From positions 96,001-160,000 of IMG/VR virus record IMGVR_UViG_3300005805_009577: a DNA stretch of 64,000 nt; one strand, 5' to 3'. The translations under genes and the position numbers were made by a program. Below, piece by piece: positions 55,354-64,000 of this stretch. Origin of the DNA: a virus. Below the pieces are notes generated by a model. The model was not told where the DNA came from. It saw nothing but the letters and a program-made list of their open reading frames with translations, and did no database searches. Every line of letters starts with the position of its first letter. Within the stretch, counting starts at the first letter, position 1.

Positions 55354-56045
55354 ATGACAAAGCCAATAAATTTAAAAGATTTACCTGATTATCTTAAGAA
55401 CATTAAAGAAAATAATTCTTATGGTGAAAACGTAGTTGTTGATATGGGCAATATAGTTGTAGAGCCTGCTGGAAAAAATTACTTTTCATTTTTGGCCATT
55501 GGTTTGCTTTTTATTTTATTTTTTGGCGGACTAACAGCCTACAACTTTTCTTTAAAAAACACAGAAACTATAATTTTAAGTTCAAGTAATAAAGAAGATA
55601 TAAAGACAATATCTGATATTTTGATAAACAATGGTGTAAAAATTGTCTCAATAAAACAAAAAGAAGATGATACCTTTGAAATAAAATTTAATAAGCTAAA
55701 AGATTTAAACTCTTTTTTGGAAAATCTGCGTAAAAACAAACAACTAAAAAAAATAGAATTAAAAAATTAATAGCCCTTGACGATTTTTTGTTTTTTGAGA
55801 CAATTTTTTTCTTGTTGTTTTGCCCGGCGTCCTTGTAAAAATAAAAAATGAAAAGACAAAGTTGTTGTGCAATTATTTATTGCGATTATGGCAATCAAAA
55901 AACAAAAAAGCCGATAAGACTAAGCTATAGTCAAATTTCTGCAGCTAATAGCTGGAAAAAGTTTCATAAAAACTTTAGCAAAAATGGGTGGAGATGTTGG
56001 CAAGAAGATACTGAAGGAAATATTATAAACGATTCTAAAAAATAA
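55354..56045 (+). CDS. two hypothetical proteins (55354-55770 membrane-anchored; 55848-56045)
   Basis: ORF track; TM helix in the first. Confidence 0.65.
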
Positions 56046-56053
56046 CTTTTTTA

Positions 56054-56752
56054 TTAAATGTGAAATAAGAAATCTGGGCCGCCAATATGATCTATCTCAT
56101 ACCCCAGGCTCAATAAGTCTGCAAACTGTTCTTTGGTATATTCGATATCAACTGTTCCTGCATCGTCTTTCCAATTTTCAAGAGTAATAGTTGGCTTGAA
56201 CTTTTTAATAGTGTTAATCGCACCTTTAATAGCTAACACTTCATATCCTTCTACATCTAGTTTTATAAAATCTAATTTTTCTAAATTTAAAGAATCTATT
56301 GTTACTAGTTCGCATTCAAATTCTTTGCCATCGTCATTTTTGGCGATGACGGCTCCTCCCGGATTACCGCCTGTTATAGATTTGTAACTTTTTTGTTCTT
56401 TTCTGTCAGACAAACCTTTTTTATAAATTTTAACATTATTTAAGTTGTTTAATGTTACATTATTTTTTAAAAGATCAAAAGAGTGGCTTAATGGCTCAAA
56501 ACAATGTAGTTCTCTACAAATTTTTGCCAATTTAATCGAATGTGTGCCTATATGACAACCACCTTCTAAAACAATGCTATTTTTATTTACATATTTTTCA
56601 AAAACTTTATGAAGGTGTGGTTCCCAAAATTCATTTTTTTTTAAAGTTTCACATATACAACAATTTTTATATAACTTAAAGAAGGCAGATTCTTCTTGAT
56701 TATAATTTTTAAATTCTATCACATCCTCTAGATAATCATATTTATCGATCAT
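56054..56752 (-). CDS. FkbM-family methyltransferase
   Basis: VLEGGCHIGTH, FEPL, IDSLNL..LDFIKLDVEGYE. Confidence 0.92.
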   Translation of the reverse strand: MIDKYDYLEDVIEFKNYNQEESAFFKLYKNCCICETLKKNEFWEPHLHKVFEKYVNKNSIVLEGGCHIGTHSIKLAKICRELHCFEPLSHSFDLLKNNVTLNNLNNVKIYKKGLSDRKEQKSYKSITGGNPGGAVIAKNDDGKEFECELVTIDSLNLEKLDFIKLDVEGYEVLAIKGAINTIKKFKPTITLENWKDDAGTVDIEYTKEQFADLLSLGYEIDHIGGPDFLFHI

Positions 56753-56886
56753 ATAATAAACGAGTAAGTATATTTTAATTTAAATTATACTTTTCTTTCT
56801 ATCGGCTGCGGCGACTACTTTTCAAAAATAGACTTTTTAAAAAGCTGCGGTACTTGGTTTATTTAATACACTTCATATATATCTAT

Positions 56887-58272
56887 ATGTCAGGTAAATA
56901 TTTAAGAGAATATTTTGGAGACACAGATTTTTATACTCCGTGTTTAGGTCTAGCCAGATCAAGCCTACCTGTTTATAGTGAATATATTCATATTCACGCA
57001 AAGTTGTTCTTCAATGTTTTAAATAAATTTAATTTAGAATTTTATGTATTTGCCGGCACGGGCGTTGGATATGTTAGAAATAAATCTAATATTCCTTGGG
57101 TAGAAGACTACGATATACTAATTTTTGAAAAAGATATTAAACTTTTTGAAAAATTTATTATACCTGATTTAAAAAAATATGGATTTATTTTAAAAAGACC
57201 TTGGCGTAAAAGTGGCTGGTATGTGCTATCTGATAGAGAAAAAAAACATTTTCAGTGCGATGTGTTTTATTCTAAAGTTTGTAAAAATAATATAGTTAGA
57301 AACTTAAATGGATGGGGTCTTTATCATAAAAAAAATATAAGCTATGATATTGTTTCCCCACCTAGAACTTTAAAAATAGATGACTTAGAATTGCCTTTTT
57401 TTAACAAAGTAGAAGAAGATATACTTATAGAGTACGGAGATGTTATAAACAATGTTTGTATACATATAAACCATAAAAACAAAAAAACAATAAATCAAAA
57501 TTTTAATATTGTTTATAATGAATTTTATGAACTTTTAGAAAATCCTAAAAATAATACTTTAAAATACATTTTAACAAATAAAGAATATAAATATCAAAAC
57601 AAGTGTATTTTAAATAGCGATATTAATTTTACATCTATATTTGATATACTTAATTATATAAGTCAAAATAATGTGAAAGATCTTCACATCGTAGACCAGA
57701 AATTTCTACAATATTGTTTAAGCATAAAATATTATTTTAAGGAAATAAAAATAATATTTTATTTGTTAGAAGATATTGATAAAAGCAATTTAATATTTTT
57801 AAATTATATTGATTTTGTAAAATGTAGAAAAGATTTATCAATAAAGTATGAAGAAGATAAATTAATATATGTAAAAAATAAACCTACTTTTTTGCCTATA
57901 AATATTATAACTTTTGGCACTTATGATTTATTTCATGATGGGCATTATAATATATTAAAAAGAGCCAAAAGCCTAGGAGACAAATTAATAGTAGGTGTAT
58001 CAAGCGACGAACTTAATAATAAAAAAGGAAAATCTTCTATAAATAGTCTCCAAACAAGAATAAAAGACGTAGAAAAAACAGGATTTGTTAATTATTGTTT
58101 TATAGAAGAATCTTTAGATAAAAAAGATGAATATATTAATACTCACCAAGCAGATATATTAATAATGGGTGACGATTGGAAGAACAAATTTGATTGGGTG
58201 TCTTGTCCTTGTATTTATTTGCCTAGGACGCCAGGAATATCAACTACGGAATTAAAAAAAAATTATAATTAA
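56887..58272 (+). CDS. LicD-like phosphotransferase fused to a glycerol-3-phosphate cytidylyltransferase (TagD-like) domain
   Basis: FAGTGVGYVR....IPWVEDYDI (LicD-like); ITFGTYDLFHDGH...GVSSDE...MGDDW...RTPGISTT (HxGH cytidylyltransferase). Confidence 0.85.
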   Translation: MSGKYLREYFGDTDFYTPCLGLARSSLPVYSEYIHIHAKLFFNVLNKFNLEFYVFAGTGVGYVRNKSNIPWVEDYDILIFEKDIKLFEKFIIPDLKKYGFILKRPWRKSGWYVLSDREKKHFQCDVFYSKVCKNNIVRNLNGWGLYHKKNISYDIVSPPRTLKIDDLELPFFNKVEEDILIEYGDVINNVCIHINHKNKKTINQNFNIVYNEFYELLENPKNNTLKYILTNKEYKYQNKCILNSDINFTSIFDILNYISQNNVKDLHIVDQKFLQYCLSIKYYFKEIKIIFYLLEDIDKSNLIFLNYIDFVKCRKDLSIKYEEDKLIYVKNKPTFLPINIITFGTYDLFHDGHYNILKRAKSLGDKLIVGVSSDELNNKKGKSSINSLQTRIKDVEKTGFVNYCFIEESLDKKDEYINTHQADILIMGDDWKNKFDWVSCPCIYLPRTPGISTTELKKNYN

Positions 58273-58392
58273 ATCCATTTTATTGGAGCAGTGTTTAGAA
58301 GACACTATAGCCTATGAAATATACTAGACAGAGCTATCTCAGGATGACGTAATAAGATAAAACAACATATTTTGAGGAAAATAAATAATATT

Positions 58393-58803
58393 ATGCCTTT
58401 ATTCTTAAAAAATAAACTTGTTTCTATCGAAGACAAGATAAATCTACTAAAGAACCAGTATATAGGAGATGGCTCTGGACCTTCATTAAATAAAGAGATA
58501 ATCTATGAATAATATAAAAATTTAATTGAAAAATTGTCTTATCTTAATAATACATATAATATTGTAGGGGTAAAACAATCGTTTGAATACGGAAGGAGTT
58601 GTTTTTAATGATGTAGTCACCAGCATAACCGAGTTATGCGACTTATCTTCTGATTTAATCTGCGAGAATATTTAGAGTACAACAACTATTTTGCAATATA
58701 CTTTTCTTAATATCATAAAAAAGATAGAGGTAGTAGTTTATATGAAACTAATAGTAGGAAACTCGTCGCAAATATCAAAAGATATCTTTAATTTAAATTT
58801 ATA
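58393..58803 (+). pseudogene. decayed gene fragments
   Basis: Short broken frames: MPLFLK..GSGPSLN*, NIVGVKQSFE/EGVVFNDVVT (aldolase-like, frameshifted), MKLIVGNSSQI (SDR-like start). Confidence 0.45.
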
Positions 58804-58806
58804 AAG

Positions 58807-59604
58807 ATGAATATAGTTTACACACTAACGGTAGATTTTTTAAATACATTATCTGCTGATATGAATCTTGTTTCAGTTTGGTCTCTTCGGCACTCCAATC
58901 CCACAAACAGGATCATACTAGTTTGCGATCACACATCTCTTGGTATATTAAAAGAAGTTAAACATAAAATACTAGACGAGATAGACTCTATAGTAGATGC
59001 GGGACAAATCAAGGGAGAAACAAACTATATAAATAGATTTATAAAAACATCATTAATTAATTATATAGATGGTGATTTTTTATATTTAGACGCTGACACA
59101 TTTGTACGGAATGGCTTAGAGGGTTTTTATAATATAAAAGAAGACTTAGTAGGAGTGGCTAATCATAATAATGTTGATCCTAGTATCATTACATGCGAGG
59201 AATTAGAAAAAATTAAGCATTTAGATTGGACTGTTCCTAAATTTTATATAAACGGTGGGGTTTTATTCATAAAAAATAGTACTAATACTAGAAAATTTTA
59301 TGAAATTTATCACAACAAATGGCAACAAAGTTGCAATAAACTAAGAGAACACAAAGACCAACACTGTTTAAATAGCACCATAGAAGACAGTGGGGTCATT
59401 CTCAAAATCCTTTCTGATATATATAATATGCAAGGTTATAATAATTCGAGCAAAATAATAAAGCCACACCATCCAAAAGATACTATTATACATCATGTTT
59501 ATGGGGATTTTTGGAAAGATTCTATATTTAGTAGTATATTAAATTATGAAGATATAAATAATATTTTTGAAACACATAATAATATATGGAAACAAACAAC
59601 ATGA
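58807..59604 (+). CDS. GT8-like glycosyltransferase
   Basis: FLYLDADTFV, INGGVLF, DQHCLN, YNMQ, IHH. Confidence 0.8.
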   Translation: MNIVYTLTVDFLNTLSADMNLVSVWSLRHSNPTNRIILVCDHTSLGILKEVKHKILDEIDSIVDAGQIKGETNYINRFIKTSLINYIDGDFLYLDADTFVRNGLEGFYNIKEDLVGVANHNNVDPSIITCEELEKIKHLDWTVPKFYINGGVLFIKNSTNTRKFYEIYHNKWQQSCNKLREHKDQHCLNSTIEDSGVILKILSDIYNMQGYNNSSKIIKPHHPKDTIIHHVYGDFWKDSIFSSILNYEDINNIFETHNNIWKQTT

Positions 59605-59657
59605 AGATATTAGTTACAGGAGGGATTTTTTAATCTTTCAAACAAAGGCGGCAATAG

Positions 59658-59861
59658 CAATACAGAAGAAAAGCAACTAGACCAACAAAAGAAGAGTTAA
59701 TGAAGTGGATATGGGAAGAGCCTACAACAAAAATTGCGAAAAAACTTGGTGTATCAGATAAGTCTGTTGAAAAATGGACTAAATATTATGAAATTAAAAA
59801 ACCACCAAGAGGCTATTGGTCTAAACGCAATAAAATGCCCGAAGAGGAGTCGAACCTCTAA
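59658..59861 (+). pseudogene. C-terminal HTH fragment of an HNH-type homing endonuclease
   Basis: RPTKEELMKWIWEEPTTKIAKKLGVSDKSVEKWTKYYEIKKPPRGYWSK; no nuclease domain upstream (stop at 59655). Confidence 0.65.
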
Positions 59862-60124
59862 CCTAGGGAACCACATACCACTATAACTTTCGTTACCCTT
59901 TCGGTTTAGTGGTCTGGACTTTACCTTCACCTTGGCCTTTCGGCTTTAGGCACCTCCCGTCAAGTCTCTACACCTTCCTATTGCTAGGCTTGGCTCGGTA
60001 TTGGGTCACTTCTTGCAAAGTAGGCCGTTCACCGAATTTGAGAGGTTCTACTTCCAAAATTTCTTTTGGAGCATTCTGTTTTTTTAGGTCAAATCCCTTG
60101 CTCTACCAGTTAAGCTATCGGGCA
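59835..60124 (-). tRNA. tRNA-Gln(TTG), intron-containing (exons 60091-60124 and 59835-59873)
   Basis: TGCCCGA/TCGGGCA acceptor (U1-A72); spliced loop AGGGA-TT-TTG-GT-TCCCT; AGAGG-TTCGACT-CCTCT. Confidence 0.85.
59874..60090 (-). mobile_element. group I self-splicing intron (IC3-like, 217 nt, no ORF)
   Basis: P AAATTCGGTGAA, Q AATACCGAGC, R AGAGACTTGACGG, S AAGGTAAAGTCC; terminal G; exon AUUU pairs with GAAU giving the U.G splice pair. Confidence 0.88.
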
Positions 60125-60136
60125 ATTTGTATTTCT

Positions 60137-60164
60137 ATTATAGTAAGGAAAAAAAATTTGTCAA
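60137..60164 (-). promoter_or_regulatory. sigma70-like promoter for tRNA-Gln
   Basis: TTGACA-16-TATAAT ending 13 nt before the tRNA 5' end. Confidence 0.7.
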
Positions 60165-60172
60165 TTGCACTC

Positions 60173-60882
60173 CTATATAAATCCTTTTGTTTTTTCATTA
60201 TAGATGCCATAAGATAAATTCCTGCTCTTGATCAGATACAGGTGTCTATCCTTGCATTCTTTCAGAGGTAAATAATTTACTTTAATTTCAGTCATTGCTT
60301 TACTACTATTCCTATTCAATAATTCCAAGTTCTTTGTTGGCGTGATTGGATGCTTCTTCAATTGTGTCAAATGGCCCGTTGACAAAACTTTGGGAAAGTC
60401 CTCTGTTATACCGTTTCGCCATCCCGGAAAGAAAATTTATTATATCGATAAATAAATTTTATTTCAAATTATTTAAATTTTCTATTTCAACTTTATCAAT
60501 AAATATTTTATCAATTCTGCCTCCTTGTAGAATTTCTATTGGTTTTCCGTAAATCCATTTGGGATTATCCTCCCACCAATGCCTCCAAGATATTTTTAAA
60601 CTTTTAAAAACTTCTATGCAATCTATATTTTTATCAAAAATTTCACCTTCAATAACAATTTTTATCTCTTTTTTAAACTTCATTTTAACTCTTGTTTAAA
60701 ATGTTAATAATTTCTTGTAATATTTTTTCTAGCTTATTTTTTTGAATTGTTTTATTTTTTTGTTCAAAACTATATTTGCCAAACTCTTCAACAATCTCTA
60801 TTGTATTTATATTGCATAAATCTTTATCAAATACATCTGGTTTGATTTCAATAGAAGAGTATTTTCCAAGAAGTTTGAACAT
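60173..60882 (-). CDS. small hypothetical ORFs (60173-60385, 60459-60683, 60685-60882)
   Basis: Co-directional minus-strand run. Confidence 0.6.
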
Positions 60883-60891
60883 ACATTTTAA

Positions 60892-60919
60892 ATTATATTC
60901 ATTTTAAATTATTTGTCAA
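60892..60919 (-). promoter_or_regulatory. sigma70-like promoter
   Basis: TTGACA-16-TATAAT upstream of 60882. Confidence 0.6.
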
Positions 60920-61135
60920 ACCTCAAAATTGTCTTCTAAACATTGCTCTAATAAAATGAATTTAATTATTTTTTTCCTATCCAATCTGGCCTGTTATAGA
61001 GTAAATTATTTGAAGAATCTACAAATAGAACTAGTGTGTATTTGTTGGATCCATAGCATTGTTCTAATTTTTCTAATACTAGTTGAAGTATGTCGAGTTT
61101 CACAAAACATTGGATGCCTATAACAAAATTATTTT

Positions 61136-62590
61136 TCATAAATCATACTCTAATTTAGTAAAATTAATATTCGGATCAAAATCCCAAAAATAATTTGGAT
61201 TCTTATTTTGGTTTAATTCAAGAAGTTTACTTTTAGACAAACAGTTTTCTTTTAATAAAGAATATAGCTCTTCATGAGATAGATGTTTATCAAATAGTGC
61301 GGATTGTCCGTCGTGGGAAACTTTTTGAAAGTTAGTTGCACTCCACCCGTATATTCCTATGTGACCATGACGATTGGTTTCTGGGGCTATGGTGGTCATA
61401 TTACGATTTTTTAAAATATTGTTTATCATATGATCATTATCTTTAATACTCCATACGGGGTCAAAGTCTTGTCTATTTTTTTGTTCTTCTACCCATTTCT
61501 TTATAGTTTCAAATTTTTTTCTATTGATTAGAATAGACCTACTGGACGCTCCGCTTCTAACTATTTTATTAGGATTTCCTTTTGGTTTTTCCCATGCTCC
61601 TGCATGAAAATACAATATATTATCATCTTTTGAAAGGGCTCCATCATGCAAAGATAATTGCTCGCACATTCTTAAATAATCTTTGCTGATTAACACATCG
61701 TCTTCTATGGTTATCACATACTCATAATCTGTATTATCAAATATATATTTTACACTATCATACCAGCTATACTTACCACTATTTTTAGTCCAATTTATTC
61801 TTTTGTATTCATCTGTTATTACCTTGTCATAGTCTGACACTATTCCGTGTTCCTTATGAGGATCAACAAAAATATAAGTTTCAAATTTATCAGAATGCTC
61901 TGCTTCTTTTTGATACTCCAAAGACAACTGCAACATTGCTGATCTATCATAGTATGTTGGTCTAACTACTACAATAGTATTATTATAGCAATTGCCATAT
62001 TGATTATAAAAATTAGCATATTCACCTAAAACGTTGGTCTCAATCAAATCTGAATCTTTGGCATTTTGAAATGCTAGTGTGAACTCTTTTTTTGGAGCAT
62101 ATATTTTTAAATTATCAAAATATATTTTTTCTGTACAGTCCATTTTATATGTGTCTAGTATTTGTTTAATGCTTTTTCTATGAATTAGTATACCATGAGT
62201 ACCAAACATCATAGAAGATAAGAGACATGTATGATCAGATATATTTTCTGTCAGTGACTTGTAGCAGTGTAGACTAAATACGCCCCAATCATATGGTAGT
62301 TCAGATACATACCGTATTAATTTCGAATTAAAGTTTTTAGCTAGAATGGTATCGTCTTCTAAAATCAGTACATATGGATAATTATTATCATATGCATGTT
62401 GAAGCAATGCCAAATGGCTCATTGAACATGCTAAAACGGATGGGGTAATATTATTTTGTTTATGGTCAACAGCTGACCACCTGCGTACATTGTATAAATT
62501 ATGTTTTTTAAATTCTTCTTGCATTGCAGACCACCGATCTGGTCTACGATCAAGATTAATACAAAAGATAGATATATCAGCAATGTTCAT
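61136..62590 (-). CDS. two-domain glycosyltransferase (GT25 N-terminal plus a second GT-A domain)
   Basis: CINLDRRPDRW...ACSMSH...LILEDD; second ITIEDDV. Confidence 0.85.
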   Translation of the reverse strand: MNIADISIFCINLDRRPDRWSAMQEEFKKHNLYNVRRWSAVDHKQNNITPSVLACSMSHLALLQHAYDNNYPYVLILEDDTILAKNFNSKLIRYVSELPYDWGVFSLHCYKSLTENISDHTCLLSSMMFGTHGILIHRKSIKQILDTYKMDCTEKIYFDNLKIYAPKKEFTLAFQNAKDSDLIETNVLGEYANFYNQYGNCYNNTIVVVRPTYYDRSAMLQLSLEYQKEAEHSDKFETYIFVDPHKEHGIVSDYDKVITDEYKRINWTKNSGKYSWYDSVKYIFDNTDYEYVITIEDDVLISKDYLRMCEQLSLHDGALSKDDNILYFHAGAWEKPKGNPNKIVRSGASSRSILINRKKFETIKKWVEEQKNRQDFDPVWSIKDNDHMINNILKNRNMTTIAPETNRHGHIGIYGWSATNFQKVSHDGQSALFDKHLSHEELYSLLKENCLSKSKLLELNQNKNPNYFWDFDPNINFTKLEYDL

Positions 62591-63257
62591 AATTTTCTGG
62601 TGGACTGCCGTAGTAATGTGGATGTTCGGTTTTTTTTATTTCATAATATTTATTATTTGGATAATAATATAGTATCCATCTTTCACATAGCCAATATCTG
62701 TGTTCAATAGAGAGGTCAGTATAATCTTCTCTTATTTTAGGTAAAGTTCTAATATACGATGTTTTTGACCACCAAAAATTACCACTAAAATGCATTTTGT
62801 GGTTTTCGTTTACTAATTTATCAGCTGTGCCTATATCAGTTAGATTGATACCCACTATATCATAGTTATTAAGATAATTTATGCATTGTTTATAATTTCT
62901 AATTAGATAATGCTCAAGCATTTTTCTCCATAGCCATACATTATGATTATGAGGATGTGATACCCCTTTGGTATGTATGTATAAAATATTAGATTCGTTA
63001 GTTTGAGACCACTCTAAAAGCTTATGTAAGCACGGTCTTTCGTATTCTTTATATTTATTGGTATAATTAATTAATTGAATTTTATTATGTTTATTAAGTA
63101 AAAAATTAATATTTTCTTTATTTGCACCAGTATAACATACGTAAACTCGCTCGATATTATCAAGCAGTCCAGATTCATACAACGATTCGTACTGGTCTAT
63201 TACTATGTCTCTAAAATTATTTAGTTCACATATATGCCAAAAGATATTAGTATTCAT
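62577..63257 (-). CDS. glycan-related hypothetical protein
   Basis: ILYIHTKGVS, HFSGNFWWSK, ERWI. Confidence 0.65.
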   Translation of the reverse strand: MNTNIFWHICELNNFRDIVIDQYESLYESGLLDNIERVYVCYTGANKENINFLLNKHNKIQLINYTNKYKEYERPCLHKLLEWSQTNESNILYIHTKGVSHPHNHNVWLWRKMLEHYLIRNYKQCINYLNNYDIVGINLTDIGTADKLVNENHKMHFSGNFWWSKTSYIRTLPKIREDYTDLSIEHRYWLCERWILYYYPNNKYYEIKKTEHPHYYGSPPENYEHC

Positions 63258-63301
63258 TTTTATTAATTATTTCTGTTAAGATAGTCATCTTCTAATCTAA
63301 T

Positions 63302-64000
63302 TTAGTCACCTAAACCTCTATATAAAGCTTCGAGACGAGATCTTCCACGCACCATATCTGGTTCAAGAAAAGCACCTTCTGCCCACTCATTCCAAGCATT
63401 AATAAACATGAATTCTTTTTTGTTGTCTAGTGTTTGTTTTTTAGCCTCTCTAACCCAATTTTCAAAAATATTTATTGCTGAGTTGTCTTGATGATATATG
63501 ACAGCGTCCGACATTAGCCTGGGAGTATTGTCCCAGGCTGGACAAACTGTTTTAAATTGACATGTCTGGTCAGCAATACAGTGTTCGTAAAGCGTGGAGT
63601 AGTCTTTAATCCGACCTACAAAATTATTTTTTGTGATTAATGACGTATTTATATTTGGATTGTTCCACGTTCTATGAGGAGGAAACTGAATAACGCCTTC
63701 AAGCCCCATATCTTGATAATTATAATGCTCAAAGCTTCCGCAGCCTAATAATAAAACTCTGCTACCTAAATAAGTTTTTAGTCGATGAACAAACTCAATA
63801 CTTTCTTGACTTTCGTGTGGTCTATAAATGATAAATAATGGTCTATCATTATCATCTTTTATATAATGACAATTGTTAAAATGTTCTTTTTGCAAATATT
63901 CTGCTAAATCATAAGGGTTCGAATATAATTGTTTAATCAAACATTCTCCCTTACTATCATCTCCGTCCCATCTTCTAGTCCAAGATTCATTAGCCCAACA
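63302..64000 (-). CDS. WbsX / GH99-like domain protein, 5'-partial
   Basis: Frame stays open to the window edge (CWANESWTRRWDG); PAWDNTPR, FINAWNEWAEGAFLEPD. Confidence 0.85.
   Translation of the reverse strand, partial: CWANESWTRRWDGDDSKGECLIKQLYSNPYDLAEYLQKEHFNNCHYIKDDNDRPLFIIYRPHESQESIEFVHRLKTYLGSRVLLLGCGSFEHYNYQDMGLEGVIQFPPHRTWNNPNINTSLITKNNFVGRIKDYSTLYEHCIADQTCQFKTVCPAWDNTPRLMSDAVIYHQDNSAINIFENWVREAKKQTLDNKKEFMFINAWNEWAEGAFLEPDMVRGRSRLEALYRGLGD

Noticed and set aside
65-62710. Numerous 60-120 aa hydrophobic ORFs antisense to long genes (e.g. 65, 318, 964, 6474, 23759, 29487, 55539, 59909)
   Set aside because: Typical antisense shadows of A-rich coding strands; 59909 overlaps the intron.
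1-64000. DGR, retron, restriction-modification or prophage-in-chromosome interpretation
   Set aside because: No reverse transcriptase, template/variable repeat pair, DNA methyltransferase motifs, integrase or host core genes are visible in this window.

Overview
AT-rich (roughly 25-30% GC by eye, not computed) segment of a large lytic dsDNA phage, probably T4-superfamily/jumbo-type. No rRNA, core bacterial genes, capsid/tail genes or integrase are in view. Host clues point to Planctomycetota (LESRRL-type signal on a metalloprotease, PEP-CTERM protein, STN-like domain, Tat-exported protein). It carries 8 tRNA genes (Glu, Lys, Ile-UAU, Leu-UAA, Ala, Leu-CAA, Gly, Gln); tRNA-Gln(UUG) is split by a 217-nt group I intron. 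It also has a large glycan-modification set, peptide deformylase, an acyl carrier protein, PcfJ-, ART- and HicA-like proteins, and many small hypotheticals. The outstanding structure is a strand-specific bipartite motif, (A-tract)-CCTTTT-NN-G(G/A)GTACG-N8-(T/G)TG, found 35 times on the + strand between 1.9 and 46.4 kb, 20 of them packed into 40.1-46.4 kb. There it delimits short GC-richer cassettes built as motif > leader/RBS > micro-gene or structured RNA > hairpin. Ten cassettes encode one small HTH family, seven with an almost invariant recognition helix, and one copy is a clear recombinant of two others. My best reading is a non-sigma70 phage promoter class that doubles as the homology unit of a shuffling gene-cassette array. 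This is inference; it needs TSS mapping and comparative genomics.
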